64,000 bases of DNA from Phoronis australis (lineage: Eukaryota > Animalia > Phoronida): NCBI GenBank assembly GCA_002633005.1, contig NMRA01000329.1, forward strand, positions 23,219-87,218, given 5' to 3'. The position numbers were made by a program, and so were the translations under genes. Of this stretch, positions 1 to 13,032 are shown in pieces. Every line of letters starts with the position of its first letter. Within the stretch, counting starts at the first letter, position 1. Below the pieces are notes generated by a model. It was not told the origin of the DNA, made no database searches, and saw only the letters and a program-made list of their open reading frames with translations.

Positions 1-3000
1 CTGCAAGGGGTCACGTACTGCATTGTAAAATTGTGGGGATACTCCAGTTTTTAAAAGATTCTGAGTCACTTCCATTCAGTAGCGTCAAGACGTGATTTAT
101 TTGTCGCTCGTCCACAATATGTTAAATAACCATCACCTCTACACCACTGGATCGAATGAAATCCGCACAGCTAATATTGATACCACGAACTCCGAAGAGA
201 ATCACGCGGCATTCATACCACTTGCAGTCTTTTCCTCCCCCCTCGCCATTGCGAATTGTATGGTGCCGTAGTCATGCCACTCGCAGTCTGTCCTTCAACC
301 TTTCGCCATCAATTTTGCGACCGTTCCCGTCGTCAAATGCCAAGTCTAATTTTATTCCTCCCCCGAAAATCCTAGCACTCAATGTAATTAAGAAACATAT
401 TCGACACAAAAGCACAACCTTGACAAAAACCTGCGAGGAAATCAAGCCATGAGTGCAGGTTCAGCAGTCAGTGGTAGCATATGCAGGGGTAACCCCCGGG
501 ACATTTAATGACTCATTAACCGCAGTCCAACCGAGTCCAACCTAGGCCAGTCTTAGGGTGAGTCACAACCTAACCGAGTTCAGAACGCGTCCGGGCGAAG
601 CCTGACCTCACTCCGGTTGAAGGTCACCCGAGGCCTGACTGAGGCTGAAGTTCGTTCGATAGGAAGTTGGATTCGATCAGCACTGTATCTATTGGAAATC
701 GACTTATTTGGCATTATCAAACCTACTTTAGAGTGAACTCAAGATAACCGTCTTTTATTATATGTTTGAGTATTGGATAACTAATTCTACTATGCACTTG
801 ATGACCCTAACATTATGACTAAAATTTCGAGTTTGGACTTGATATTTTTGGTTTCTACTGACACAGTTTGAAACTTGAATCCAGCGTTCACCAAGTGCGC
901 ACTCCAACTAGAAAATCATTATAAACTAAATTATACTGTATTTGATCACAGATTAATAGATGCACAGTTGACGTCGCATAAAAGTAGAATTATATAGAAA
1001 ATGCAAAAATAATTTCGACTTAGATTTCAAGTCACGATTAGACATCTCCCCATGGGATGTATTGCGTAGATGTAAGAATCTCCCGAATTAACCTAGTGTA
1101 ACCACGTGGTTCTCTCGTAATAGGTGACAATATCTCTCAAAGTCTTGCATGATCTTGCGTTTCTGTGAGAGTTCCCGCGTCTACGAATCAAAACCAGCTC
1201 ACAGAAACCGTTATAAAAGTTAATCAGCTTCTTTCCATGGTGAAATCTGGCAATAATAAAAACGAACAAAAACCGTCATCCGAAAGCACAAAAATGGCAG
1301 GATTTTTCCCTTGAGCGCCAAGGCCATTCGAGGCTTTTGACATAATCGGTAAAGCTAGGCTGGTTAAATAAGAAAAAGAACGTACCTTCATGTGTGCCAT
1401 TTCAAAACTTTGTGGTTGAAAGAGGGGGAACACCTGCACTGATACGTCGTAAAATGGAACAATTTCGTAAAATGTAACAGTTGTTTCACTTTATGTCAAT
1501 GTTACATACTAATTGTTACTTTTCACTTCGAATGCGCATGAGGGATTTGAACTAGGTTTCATTGAAAGTGGGTTGTATTGAACAAAAACGGCTAACGTTG
1601 GAATCAGCGATAGTCTTTAATATGCACTTTTCATTGAATGTGGCAAAACTGTTAACATAACAAATTCCGTTATCTGCCTACAACCACGCGTGTTGTTGAC
1701 AGCGAGCTGCAACACAACAATGGCGCTTCGTGAGACACGTGGCTTCACGTTTATTAATAGTAGAATGTCCAATCTCTGTCTTTATAGGTAGGGTTCGGAT
1801 GAACGACTACTGATAAAACAACAATTTAATTGATATGTTATCTTTAAAGATAATAGAAATAGAAATTACATTTTTGTAGTCCGCTCAAATGATGTGCTTA
1901 TAAGAAACTTAGCCCGTAGAGCGGTGAGATGTAATTCGTCAATAGATTTCTGCAACTAAGGTGGTAGACAGAACATGTCGGTATCAAAAACTTTGATCTC
2001 GCTCCTTTTGCGTAGGGCAGGGCTATTACGGCATTAGAAATGACTTCAAGGCACTAAACCAGTGTTTGAAATAAATGTGTCGTGGAGAAAAACAATTGAT
2101 GTTTGGAAAAAAAATTGGCTTCCGAAATTGAATTTTCCGTGAACATTTTTGTTGTGGTCAATTTATCCGAAGAAATACGATAAACATTAGCCATGATACG
2201 ATGTCGTTGTTTCTGCTGTACTTACCAAGGGTAATGTGATTACTGCAATGCCGGATACACAATTGGTTTATGACATGTGAGTGCCAACAAAAGATTGTAA
2301 GAACGCTTTAGCAATAACAAGCTTGTTACCTGATCCTGGAAACTCCTTTCTTCTGGAGTTGAAAGTAAACGGGGTACGGAGATAAGTCTTGGTCAAGATG
2401 GCTATACTTGAGAATGTCTTATTAGTTTTGCTTTAATTTTTCCAGTTAGGAGAATACTGACCACCTACAGGGGCCCGTGTAACCGTAAGTTGATCTTTCT
2501 TATTCCATCAAGTTTTAAAAGAAAGAATAGGTGTGCTAAACTTATTCAGTTATTGATGGCCACTTTTCTCAGTATTTCCATCTTAGACTGTGCAGGTTAG
2601 GGAAAATGGTTAATTGCAATCTGCATGGTCCAGGCACATTACTTGAACTCACAACCTCAAAAAATTAGCCAGTCAAATCACGTGATTGGAGTGCAAATCT
2701 TATGTTTGCTCATGTCATGGAATTGCTAAATTTTGGAGTTGTGTATCGAATACAGAGATTAGGCTATGGGCTTGAACGTAAGCCGGAATTTTCATCAATT
2801 ATAAGTCTCTTAAGTCGCTGTCAGTTTAGAATAATGCTGTCTCAGCTACAAATTTTGCCTTCTGGTAATTAAATCAAAGTTGTTTTAAGCATAAAGGTGT
2901 GACAAATTGACTGAAAGTACATTCTTAAATCTTGTGATTGCTCCTGGTAAAGTGACTCAAATTGTATTTAAACCCTCCTTTATCATCTGTACTTTCAGAA

Positions 3001-4922
3001 TGAGTGGTTTAGACAACGCCCTCTACAAACTTCTTTGCAAGAGTCCCAGACTGGTCATCACCTGAAGAAGCCTTGAGGTATTGTTTCATTCATTTCCTTA
3101 ATATCTCATGGAGTGACATTTCACATTTTATTCAACTCACAACTCACAATCCTAACCAAAGATATCACTGTTTCGTTTACAGTATTTAAACATGCCTTGT
3201 TTAAAGCCTGTTCAATTTCTATTCAGGGATTCACCCAAGATTTCGAAAATAGGGTGTCCAAAATGGGATTTCCAATATTTCGCAGTGTCAGTGATTTCGA
3301 CAACGCATTACCCCTACCACCGTGCAGTGCACCAGCAACTCCCCACACTGATTGTTTTACAAAAATACATAGATCAAAGCGTTTACATCTGCATTCTCAA
3401 ACTAACCCCCTGTAGCGAGCTTTTTTATTAAAAAACTGCTTGGACCTAGACTTTTACACCTAAACTTATGAATACATCCAAGCAGCTTACCAGACAAATA
3501 TTAGAGATATTTTTTAAGGATGAATGCACTTCGCAGATGATGGTGTCACTGCTTTTCCATATTAAAACATGGAAATGTACATTGAAATGCACGAAGCAAT
3601 GTTTCATTTGAGTTTTTTATATTAGGTTTGTGTAAACCATACTTTAGTGTGAAGTTTTTATTCTAATGTATCAGTGCTTTGGAGGATGTTCAGTTGAGCA
3701 AAGAACATTTGTAATGTAACTAATTTGCATTTGAAAAATTTCAACTCGCTTACGACTGTAGTATAAATGCAAGCTAACTCCAGCTGCTGGTTGAAATTCT
3801 GTGCATCATGTTTGGTGTGGGGAGCAATTATGATTTCTAAAAACCTTATTTTGAAAATTTTCCCTTTTACGATTCCATCTGTCGATTCCATGTCACTGTT
3901 TCAGATTCATAGATACATGTCTGAGTTTTCAGTGTAGAGGTCTCAGAATAAATTTTAAACTGAATGTCTTCTTACAAATGCCACTATTGTCATCTTACAG
4001 GGATTCAGAGCTGTTGTTCACCCTCCTCCTTATCTTCTTTGTCACCTGCATCCTCATAATCTGGATCAAAGGTTTGTGTCTGCTCTTGTAAAGACTCTAT
4101 GCTCTATTAGAATTTAAAGTAGATATAGGCATGCCTTATGTCACGAAAATCAACTGTTTATTTAGACCATGTACCATTAGTATGATATTGATCTCGAATT
4201 GTCCCTTGATAAAAATAAGGTGTGAATTTTGGGCTTGAAAATCTCCAGCAATTTGTTACTACTTGAGAGTTTCTTTAGGTTGACGTGTCACAGCATGCCA
4301 TTTCATTCACCTGACATGGCCACAAGCATAATGAACTTACAGTTCTTTGCAATACCAAAACTTATTTCTCATCTGAATGAGGAAAGTGGTTAAAATCAAA
4401 AGTTAAGTTGTGCGGATAACAGGGTTTATAGCCGCAATTTTTTTTTTGTGAAAATGCAACTCTTTTTCTCTCAATGTAGGTTTCTTACTGCTTGTTAAAA
4501 GACGATAATAGTGTGACCGGCTGCTGAGTAGCACTTGTGACATAACCATGTTGCCATGAGTTCAATTTCTTGTCTTAGAACTCTAGCATCCACTTAAACC
4601 ATAAAGCGGCAATGGCCATCAAAAGTTATCATGATGCGATGAAGATTTGGCAATACGTGCATTAGTTCTTGCACCATCTTTCTAACTTGCAACCTCTCAC
4701 ACTTGTTGATACTAGCATTCCTTTGGTGGTATAGATACAGTTATCAATACTTGTACCCAACGGTGGTTTTCTTTGCACTGCATTTTTGGTTTTGGTGTTT
4801 CAGTGCTCAATTATAATATAACTTTTCACAATACTTTACACTTACAGGCTACATAGGTACTTCAGTGAGAAATCTAAGAGTAATGCTGTCAAGGATTAAG
4901 AAAGGTCTATACTCCAGTGCCA

Positions 4923-5431
4923 CCGGTGTCCATAATTAGCAGATGCTTGAGAGAAAAACAAGGCGTGCACAAACTTGACACATGACTTCCAGGGGCCACC
5001 CAGTTCATTGCCTTAACGATCAATGGTTTTGCAATGACAACAAATGTTATTTGATCTATCAAAAGAACTATCACTGCTTCAGTGAACATTTGACTCTGAT
5101 TTTAAAGTTACCTTTGCATAGTAGCTTGACGTGGATATAGACTGTTGTCAATACAAAAGGACACGGCTATATTTTTNCCGGTGTCCATAATTAGCAGATG
5201 CTTGAGAGAAAAACAAGGCGTGCACAAACTTGACACATGACTTCCAGGGGCCAACCAGTTAAATGCCTTGACGATCAATGGTTTTGCAATGACAAAAAAT
5301 GTAATTTGATCTATCAAAAGAACTATCACTGCTTCAGTGAACATTTGACACTAATTTTAAAGTTACCTTTGCATAGTAGCTTGACGTGAATATAGTCTGT
5401 TGTCAATACAAAAGGACACGGCTATATTTTT
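4923..5431. repeat. ~254-bp tandem duplication joined by a single N (probable assembly artefact)
   Basis: 4923-5176 and 5178-5431 are nearly identical, with N at 5177. Confidence 0.85.
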
Positions 5432-6603
5432 GATCTTACTCATTTACCGTACAGCATATAAATCTGACATTCTACTTTTTATATAAGTAAACCAACAATC
5501 CTTGACCACTGTGTGCTTACATTTGACTCCAAAACTGTGATACAGTACCTGCTTTTTAATTGAAGTGCTCACGTAACTTGGTTCATGTTGAGTCTATCAA
5601 CAGTCATCATCTGCTTTTGTTGGTCCACGTTTTTGTACGAATCGACTACGTAATTAATATAAATGTGTCCATGACTTCAAACATATTTCGATTAATTACA
5701 TGGCATGCTGCAACTCTTGTTTGCATTTAGATTTCTGTTGTGTTGAGAATTACTGCAGTGAAATGCATTTGATGTTATACAGGTTAAACTTCGGCAGTGA
5801 AAATCCATTTTGTTTGTTAATGTGATTATGTCATTGCTGTTAAAGCTGCTATGAACCTGCCTTCCTTCAATTAAACCAAATCTTGATTTTGACTATTTAT
5901 TGTCTTGGCCCATTCCTTACTCAAAGTAAAAGTGATTCCTGGAATTAGAAAGAACTGACAGTTCGTTATAGCTCCAACCTCAGTTTATCAAGTTGCCTTG
6001 AAACAGCTTGTCATTTTCTGTAGGTGAATTTGTTACAAGCCAAGAAACCCATACTCACCTGGGTAAAGAAACTTACTGATAGGATGTCTGATGCGGAAAA
6101 TAGAATAAATTAAAAGTTACTTTATCGTTGATGGAATGTTGGTTTGTAGCAACTCTACCAGTTCTGTTTCATTACATTTATGTCTTCATCCGATTTTCAG
6201 TATGAAACTAAGAAATGGTATTGTACATAAATTTTGTTTATTAGTACCACAAAGAAATCACATTTATCTGAGTACTAAGTAGTAGAAAAAACAAATATGC
6301 ATTAGACACATAAAATATGGTGCCTGAGTAAATAACATAATTTGATTGACTGCAAGCAAAGTAGATAAAGCAGTACGATTTGTGACATAACCCTTGCATT
6401 GCGAAAATATGTTGGGGTAGGCGTCTTTTGTTGCTGTTGGTACCTTTGTCGAAGGCCAGCACATCATTACAGTAAACTCTTGCCAGTTCCTCATTTGTGA
6501 CGAAGAAACCAAAAGTCCTAAATCAAAAATAAAAATAAAATTTTCTTCATAGCTATGTATAAGAGAAAAAAATCTTCATTAACTAGTGTACTTCAAAAGC
6601 TGA

Positions 6604-6851
6604 ATACCTTATAGAATGCGAACAGTTTGTCCCGTCAGCACGCCATCTTTTTGGTCACATCATGTGACCTAATGAATGTATGTCCGAAAAGATTTCTGCC
6701 CTAGACAGGGACGGGCAGAAATCTTTTTGGATTGATATTCATTAGGTCACGTGATGTGACCAAAAACATGGCGCGCTGGTGAAACAAGCTGTTTGCGACA
6801 TTTTTCCATGCCTTATTGAAAAAGATTTATTTATACATACCTTATAGAATG
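6604..6851. repeat. ~180-bp palindrome (6618-6796) inside a 15-bp direct repeat
   Basis: Arms GCGAACAGTTTGT..GGTCACATCATGTGACCTAATGAAT..GATTTCTGCCC / GGGCAGAAATC..ATTCATTAGGTCACGTGATGTGACC..ACAAGCTGTTTGC. ATACCTTATAGAATG occurs at 6604-6618 and 6837-6851. Confidence 0.85.
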
Positions 6852-8698
6852 TACTGCTGGCAATCCATTGTTATGGCTAGTTTGGTATTTATACTTAAAT
6901 TTCAGATAAACAATAAACAAAACTCAAACAAGGAATGTGTTTTATTGTGTTTTGTTTAGTTTGACTAAAACTGGACCTGATCATGAACCTGCCATTAATC
7001 CATAGATAGTCTTTATGAATATTCATGTCACATGCATACTGTCAGGGCCGCAATAATGTTTTCACTTCACAATTGCCAAGTAAAGGTTTAGTCCAGTTAT
7101 CATTAATACCTTATAGCCTGGAAATAATTTGTTCACATTTTCTCAATAAGTAACAATTATGAGCATATTCAGATAATTTATCTAATATTTGTTAAATTGA
7201 GTTTTGGATATTTGTCTGAAACATTGATGTTGAGTGCAAGACCAAATCTCTGTAGCCAGAGCCTTGGAAGGAAAATGGTAAAAGNNNNNNNNNNNNNNNN
7301 NNNNNNNNNNNNNNNNNNNNNNNNNNNNNNNNNNNNNNNNNNNNNNNNNNNNNNNNNNNNACTCCTCAGCATCTGCCACATGTACACCCTGATGACAATC
7401 ACAGCTGGTGATACCCACCACCCCAGTGAGTATGGATACAGCAAGTTGAATACAATGCCCTCATCCTCAGATATACTTATGTGAGGCTGAAAAAAATCAA
7501 ACCACATTAATTTTGAGTTGTAGTTTAAACATGACCTCAACATGAAGGGGAATGTTGTTTTCATAGCTTCAAACTGGTTGTTGTTCTTCAAAAAGCCAGT
7601 GGTCCATTAATAATGAAGTTTTGATTAATGAAGTTTTAAGACAGTATAATTTTCAGCATTTTATGTGGCATATTTTGGTGATACATAGCAAACGTATTTT
7701 ATTACAGGTTTTCAGTTTTGTTACCTATAAAGCTTGTGTGATTACTGATGAAAGAAAACAATAAGAATGACTTGATAACACAAAAGTTATGTAGAATCGG
7801 TTCTATTGCGTTAAGAGAAGAGACCGAACATCAATTGTCACCTAAGCCTATTCCTCTGCACATGGCTCAGTACATGTACTCCAATCATGTTGTCTCTGTT
7901 GCTTGAGTATTGTTATTGTTGGTGAACTGGTGATGCACATTACGGTGAACCTTTAAAAACATTGTAATCACATAAAATGCCAATCTGAGCAGTACATAGA
8001 TAACATTGATCAATACATTCCATAGGATACACATTTTCGCAAAAGTATGAGTGTACCAGAAATTGAAACTTCAGTGTTCTACCTGTTTCCAGACTAATTA
8101 AGTTTATTTCCTTTGTTAACTTGCCAATACCGATGCTAGAAGTCTGTAACAGCTGACATTCAAGGAGGATAGATGATTTTCGAAGCACCCTTTAGGCCCT
8201 CTGCCATGTAAACTGATGGATTGTGTTCTTGATAAAGTGAGTCTGCAAGGGCCTAGTTGCACACTCAAAGTCCAAGAAAGAGTATATTAATTAAAAGCAA
8301 GCACTGTCATTAACCTTCCCCTGTCCCTAGCCCTTTATTTACCCAATCGAGACCATACCACTGATAATACAAGATGTAACCTGCTCGACCTTTATTAATG
8401 CTACTACTGATCTGCCTTTGGCTTATACCTTTTGCCTTTGAGGAGGTCCCATACATAGTATATTGTTCTGTAATGATGTGACCACTCCCAGTGTCCTGCA
8501 ATTTGAGAACCAGATTTCTTCACTGAATAACAGGCATCAACTTGTTGCATCCCATTCCCAACCATGGTTTTGTATGATCTCACTATTCTCGCAACAAGCT
8601 TCAGCCTACCGGCACTTCCCAAGTTTGCTTGCATTTAATCCGAGGATTCATCGCTGATCCAGTGGGTTGTGTTCAAGTGGACTAGCTAGCTGACTAGT

Positions 8699-9117
8699 CA
8701 GTGGTGGATTTAGAGGGGGGCTATGGCCTCCCTAAAATTCTCACAGTTCCCATTTGGCAGTTCGGGGGTGCAAATGTTGGGTGAACTAAATCCTGGCCAA
8801 TACTCTGCCCTGTTCCCCCAACTCAAAATCCTGGATCTGCCCCAGGGGCGAATCCAGTATTTTGAGTTAGGGGGGCCAGGGCACAGGAATAACCAGAATT
8901 TTGCGACATGCGCGAGCCCAGCCTGATGTAGGAATGCGGGGGTGTCGAATTTTTGGGTTTGTGGATCTTATTACTAAAAAAACAAAAACGGTAAACAGGG
9001 TTTGTTCAAGGTGCATGTGCTAATCAGCAATTTGCACCCCGAACTGCCAAATGGTATCTGGGAGAATTTTAGGGGGGCCATGGCCCTCTTGCCCCCCCCC
9101 CCCTTAATCCTCCAATG
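8699..9117. mobile_element. Two oppositely oriented, abutting copies of a short CAGTGG/AGGGGCGGATCC-type MITE family
   Basis: CCCATTTGGCAGTTCGGGGGTGCAAA (8750) is inverted at ~9031-9055. The junction at 8820-8870 is palindromic. A third copy lies at 53156-53303. Confidence 0.75.
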
Positions 9118-10693
9118 TGCCCCTGCTAGTACAATATACAAGTAGAGTGTGTATATAGAGTCCCTGGTGATAGACGATGGTTTTCTTATGGCAATGAAAA
9201 ACCACGAATAGTTTTGCAATTCAAGTCCAAAGTCTGAAAACTGCCAGCAGGTAGAAATTCAACTCACGACCATCGAGTGACAAACAGGGTCTATCCAACC
9301 ACAATAACATTACACTCCATTGATAGGGCTAGGGCTATCCTTGGTACAAATCTGTATACTAAATATACTACCCTGGCTGTGTGAATTTCGGGCTCTATTG
9401 AAGAAAAACACACAGTGGTACCTAGCTGTATTTTGATACCGCTAGCTGGCTGGGTACCACTGCAGACTCCCTCGACTCGATCACAACGATTACTATCAAA
9501 TTGAGTACGTAATTTTCCCACAGGTAATGGTTTCATCTAATTCTAAGAGTAATAGTTAGACTGTTCAGCTCATACAGGGAGCAATATCGTCATCAAAATG
9601 TTCAAGAAACGAATAAATTACCTGGTTAAGGCGAACTTCTCTTCTTCGGAGCAGTACCGGAAACAGCTGATTAGTTGCCGAAAGGTCAAACCGCACAGCA
9701 TTATGGGCAACATTCGTTTGTTTTGATCACGCAGATTTTAAGAAAATAAAAAATAAAAGAAAAAATATGTACAGGCAGCAGATCGACCCCATACTTACGA
9801 AAAGTTCTAATTAAGTGTCAGAGAGTATGTTTCAATGGTTTTTATGCAGATTCACGATGTTTTTAAAACGTCTACAAACGGATCATATGACTTTAAGATT
9901 CTGCAAAGGAATTGACAATAGGACGTTTTTACTTCCAAGGAGATGAATCCAACATAACGAATTGATGAAAGAGCGAAACTTGCAACATTGAATGTTCCGC
10001 GTAATCTGACCTATGAAACTAAAACAAGAACGAGAGGAAATGACTTGCCACCAATTTAACAAAACTCTGTACCTGCAATGGTCCATTGACTATAACTACT
10101 CTGCACTTAGTATGAATGCGTCATGCCATATCATTAGTAATTATTGTGTTATTTTTAACAAGTTACGAAAAATGTTTCTTAAACAGAGAAAAATATCAGT
10201 AGTTTCAAACCAATAAGTACCTTATGTTGTACATTTCGCTGTTAAGAATTTGTGGACAAAGACGCTAAAAAGTTTAGCAGATCAAACATCAAAAACCTTA
10301 TTCATCATGGAGAAGCATACATGTATGTTCCAGTTAGAAAAGGTACCGGTATCCACTTGCATACATATTGATAGTAAAATTAAACCCGTGTTGCGTTATT
10401 TTTAAGAGTTACATGGACACTTTTTTCGTCCCACACCAGAAAGACTTTAGACTTGATTTTTCTGACAATTTATAATAGATTCCTTGTTTAAAATTTCGTT
10501 CAATTTGTCTGTAAACTCTGCTTATCATTTCCAAATCGACAGTTGTGCACGAAAATTTTCACTAATTTTGAAGTTGAGGCAAGATATTTTTGGTCAGTCA
10601 TCAAGATTTACTCCACTAAAATTACTGTAGCTAGGAAACGTGGTTTGTGGATTATCTCACCTGTCTAGCGCAAAGCCGACCAATTTGACTCGT

Positions 10694-10704
10694 TATATAT
10701 ATAT

Positions 10705-10789
<85 letters not shown>

Positions 10790-10803
10790 CATATATACAT
10801 ACA

Positions 10804-10839
<36 letters not shown>

Positions 10840-10846
10840 TATATAT
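10694..10846. repeat. Compound microsatellite (TA)n-(TACATA)n-(TACA)n-(TA)n
   Basis: Seen directly in the sequence. Confidence 0.97.
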
Positions 10847-11221
10847 AATGTCAAACAAATGGAAGTAAACAAGAGAGTTACATGTACAATTTTTAATATT
10901 TCCTCAATCTTAACCTCAACTGACTCACTCAGTGGGCAAAGGTCATCGGGTTCATTTTTGATACTGACCGCATAATACATCCAGCAAACATCTTGTTCTC
11001 ATTTGAAAAAGCTTAGACTTGATTTCTGTAACAATTTAAAGCAGAATCCATTCTTATATTTTTTGTTTTGCTGTAGGATGATAATTACATGTCACGTAGA
11101 ATATACATCACTTACAAAGAATAACAATTATTATACCACAATATTAGCGTCAAATGGCAGATACAACCGTGTAATAACCCATAAAGTTATCTCACTAGTG
11201 AGATAACGATTAAGCGGGAAA

Positions 11222-11290
11222 CCGAGGGCGGAGTCGAACCCGGGACCCTGGAATTTGCAGGTCGCCGACTTAACCACTACACCACGCAGC
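11222..11290 (-). mobile_element. tRNA-derived (SINE-head-like) Pol III unit, not a canonical tRNA
   Basis: Reverse complement reads GCTGCGTGGTGTAGTGGTTAAG...CTGCAAA...GGGTTCGACTCC (A box and B box), but the acceptor stem does not pair well. A truncated copy lies at ~18880-18905. Confidence 0.65.
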
Positions 11291-11837
11291 GACTGACGTC
11301 AACAAGAGTGAAAATAGAATACTTAAATGAGCACGCGCAATAATCGCACGTTCAACAAACCGCATTGTACTGTACTTATACGCTACGAAAAATAAGACAC
11401 ATAATTTCCATAAAAATGATATCTTAATTCGGTGAAATTTTTCTCCCATGTCCTCTTACTTGTAAATCACCGATCTCTACTTTGAATGCGGGTATCGTGT
11501 CGTCAGGATCTTTGACTTGAGAATTATATTCAGTTACCAGTGGTAACCTACTTTAGCAGACGATAATTTCCCGGTCGAAGCTTAGCGTGAAAAAAACGTG
11601 TTTTAAGCTATAATAGTTGGTAAACCTTAATTTATGAATTCAATTTATTTCTATAATATTTAAGTTTTCAATTGGTGTTGAGTAAAAGCATTATTTGACA
11701 AAAATAGCCGGGCTTTTCTTAAAAGGTCACGACCTCCGACCCCGGGCCTCTGACATAGAAAGTAGTTACAAAGCCGTGGAGAGTCAGAAAAGGTAAATCG
11801 ATTCATTGCAATGTTTCTCGTTTAGTATGTGGTATAA

Positions 11838-12001
11838 ATAGATTATTACATGTTCTCAGCCGTTATCCCCCTTATCTAGAGCCCTCGTGGATTTTGGAGA
11901 ATTATCACCCTCGGGGCTAACGCCCCTCGGGTGATAATTCACCAAAATCCACTCGGGCTCTAGATAACGGGGGATAACGACTTCGCCATGTAATAATCTA
12001 T
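11838..12001. repeat. Palindromic hairpin/MITE-like element (second copy at 20825-20988)
   Basis: ATAGATTATTACATG...GTGGATTTTGGAGAATTATCACCC loop GGGTGATAATTCACCAAAATCCAC...CATGTAATAATCTAT. Confidence 0.88.
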
Positions 12002-13032
12002 ATATCACAAGTCAACGAGTACCGTATTTTCCCCAGGATGTAAATTAATAAAGTTTATGAACATTTGAAAATTGAGATTTTTTAACAAACTTTGGGCTAA
12101 ATATGTATTTTTTGCTAGGTTTATCAACAGATGGATGTTACAATTTTCCGACTGAATGTTTCCCAAAAAACCTAAAAGCACTGTTATTTTGTCCACATGA
12201 AAATTTACATGATATGTTTGTGTTAACCACTCAGCAAACAGGAACCAGAAACCGGAGACAAGACGACATTCCCAAAACAGATGGAGAAAACTTTCACTGT
12301 GTTCACCGCAGAAGGACTAGCACAAATCACTTGTTTTTATTTTAATTTTCTGCAAATAATTATTAGTTGGCAATATTCTGTGAATTAAGCGGTATTGAAA
12401 CCAACGCAGTTTTGTATCTTTGTAGAATTGAAGGGGAGTTTATTAACTTTTCTCCACCATGCATCAGGGTTAATAAAATTTACATTATATATAACACCGT
12501 TTATATGTATCTCATATGACCAATTGTTTTTATATTTACGAGCTATCTGGAGTGACTGTACTAAGATGTCATCAATATTTACAAAAAAATTTTATAAATA
12601 CAACTTGGAAAATTTGGTAAAAAGATATAATTGTCTTGTCTATTCTTAAGACCCTTGTACGATGCAAAGGTTGCACTTCTTAATCCTCAGAATTCTAGTA
12701 TTGGAGGTTGAAAGTTATAACTGTTACAGCATTAACAAATCATACACACGATAGACTCCCCTGTCATACCAGGTCTTGTAGAAAATACATTTGAAATTGG
12801 AGCACAACATCGCTTAAAACTTCCTTCCAGAAAAGATTGTCGGTTCCTTCAGCTATTTTTAAGGAAAGCGTCTCCCATTTAAAAAAATGTGTGTGAGAGA
12901 GAGAGAACTTTGTGTTTTAACATTATAAACTGAACATGTGCACCAATAAAAATAAAATTATCAGCATCATCAAATGAAGGTGGCGGGAGCGCAAAAACAC
13001 CTCCCAACACCCACAGACAATCGAGGGCCTAT

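Larger units (their letters stand above)
11130..12001. repeat. Composite repeat unit, copy 1 (tRNA-like head + spacer + terminal 165-bp hairpin)
   Basis: Colinear similarity: 11140-11250 with 18805-18905, 11410-11755 with 18915-19260, and 11763-12001 with 20748-20988. Confidence 0.85.

Noticed and set aside
470-690. AACCGAGTC-like short repeats as a CRISPR or regulatory array
   Set aside because: They are irregular degenerate motifs in a eukaryotic context, more like subterminal repeats of a DNA transposon whose other end is not visible.
4907-5431. Two near-identical minus-strand ORFs (MFTEAVIVLLIDQ...) suggesting a tandem gene pair
   Set aside because: They arise from a 254-bp duplication joined by a single N, most likely overlapping haplotype contig ends. 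There is no domain signal.
2232-6000. Intronic snoRNAs or miRNAs in the putative small transcript
   Set aside because: Only partial hairpins and an H-box-like AGATAA (~2380) were seen. There is no complete C/D or H/ACA layout and no recognisable miRNA.
10640-10980. ORFs with IY/YV/MY repeats
   Set aside because: They are translations of a microsatellite.
11222-11290. tRNA-Cys gene (GCA in an anticodon-like position)
   Set aside because: A and B boxes are present, but the acceptor and anticodon stems pair poorly and the unit is part of a repeat. Treated as tRNA-derived.
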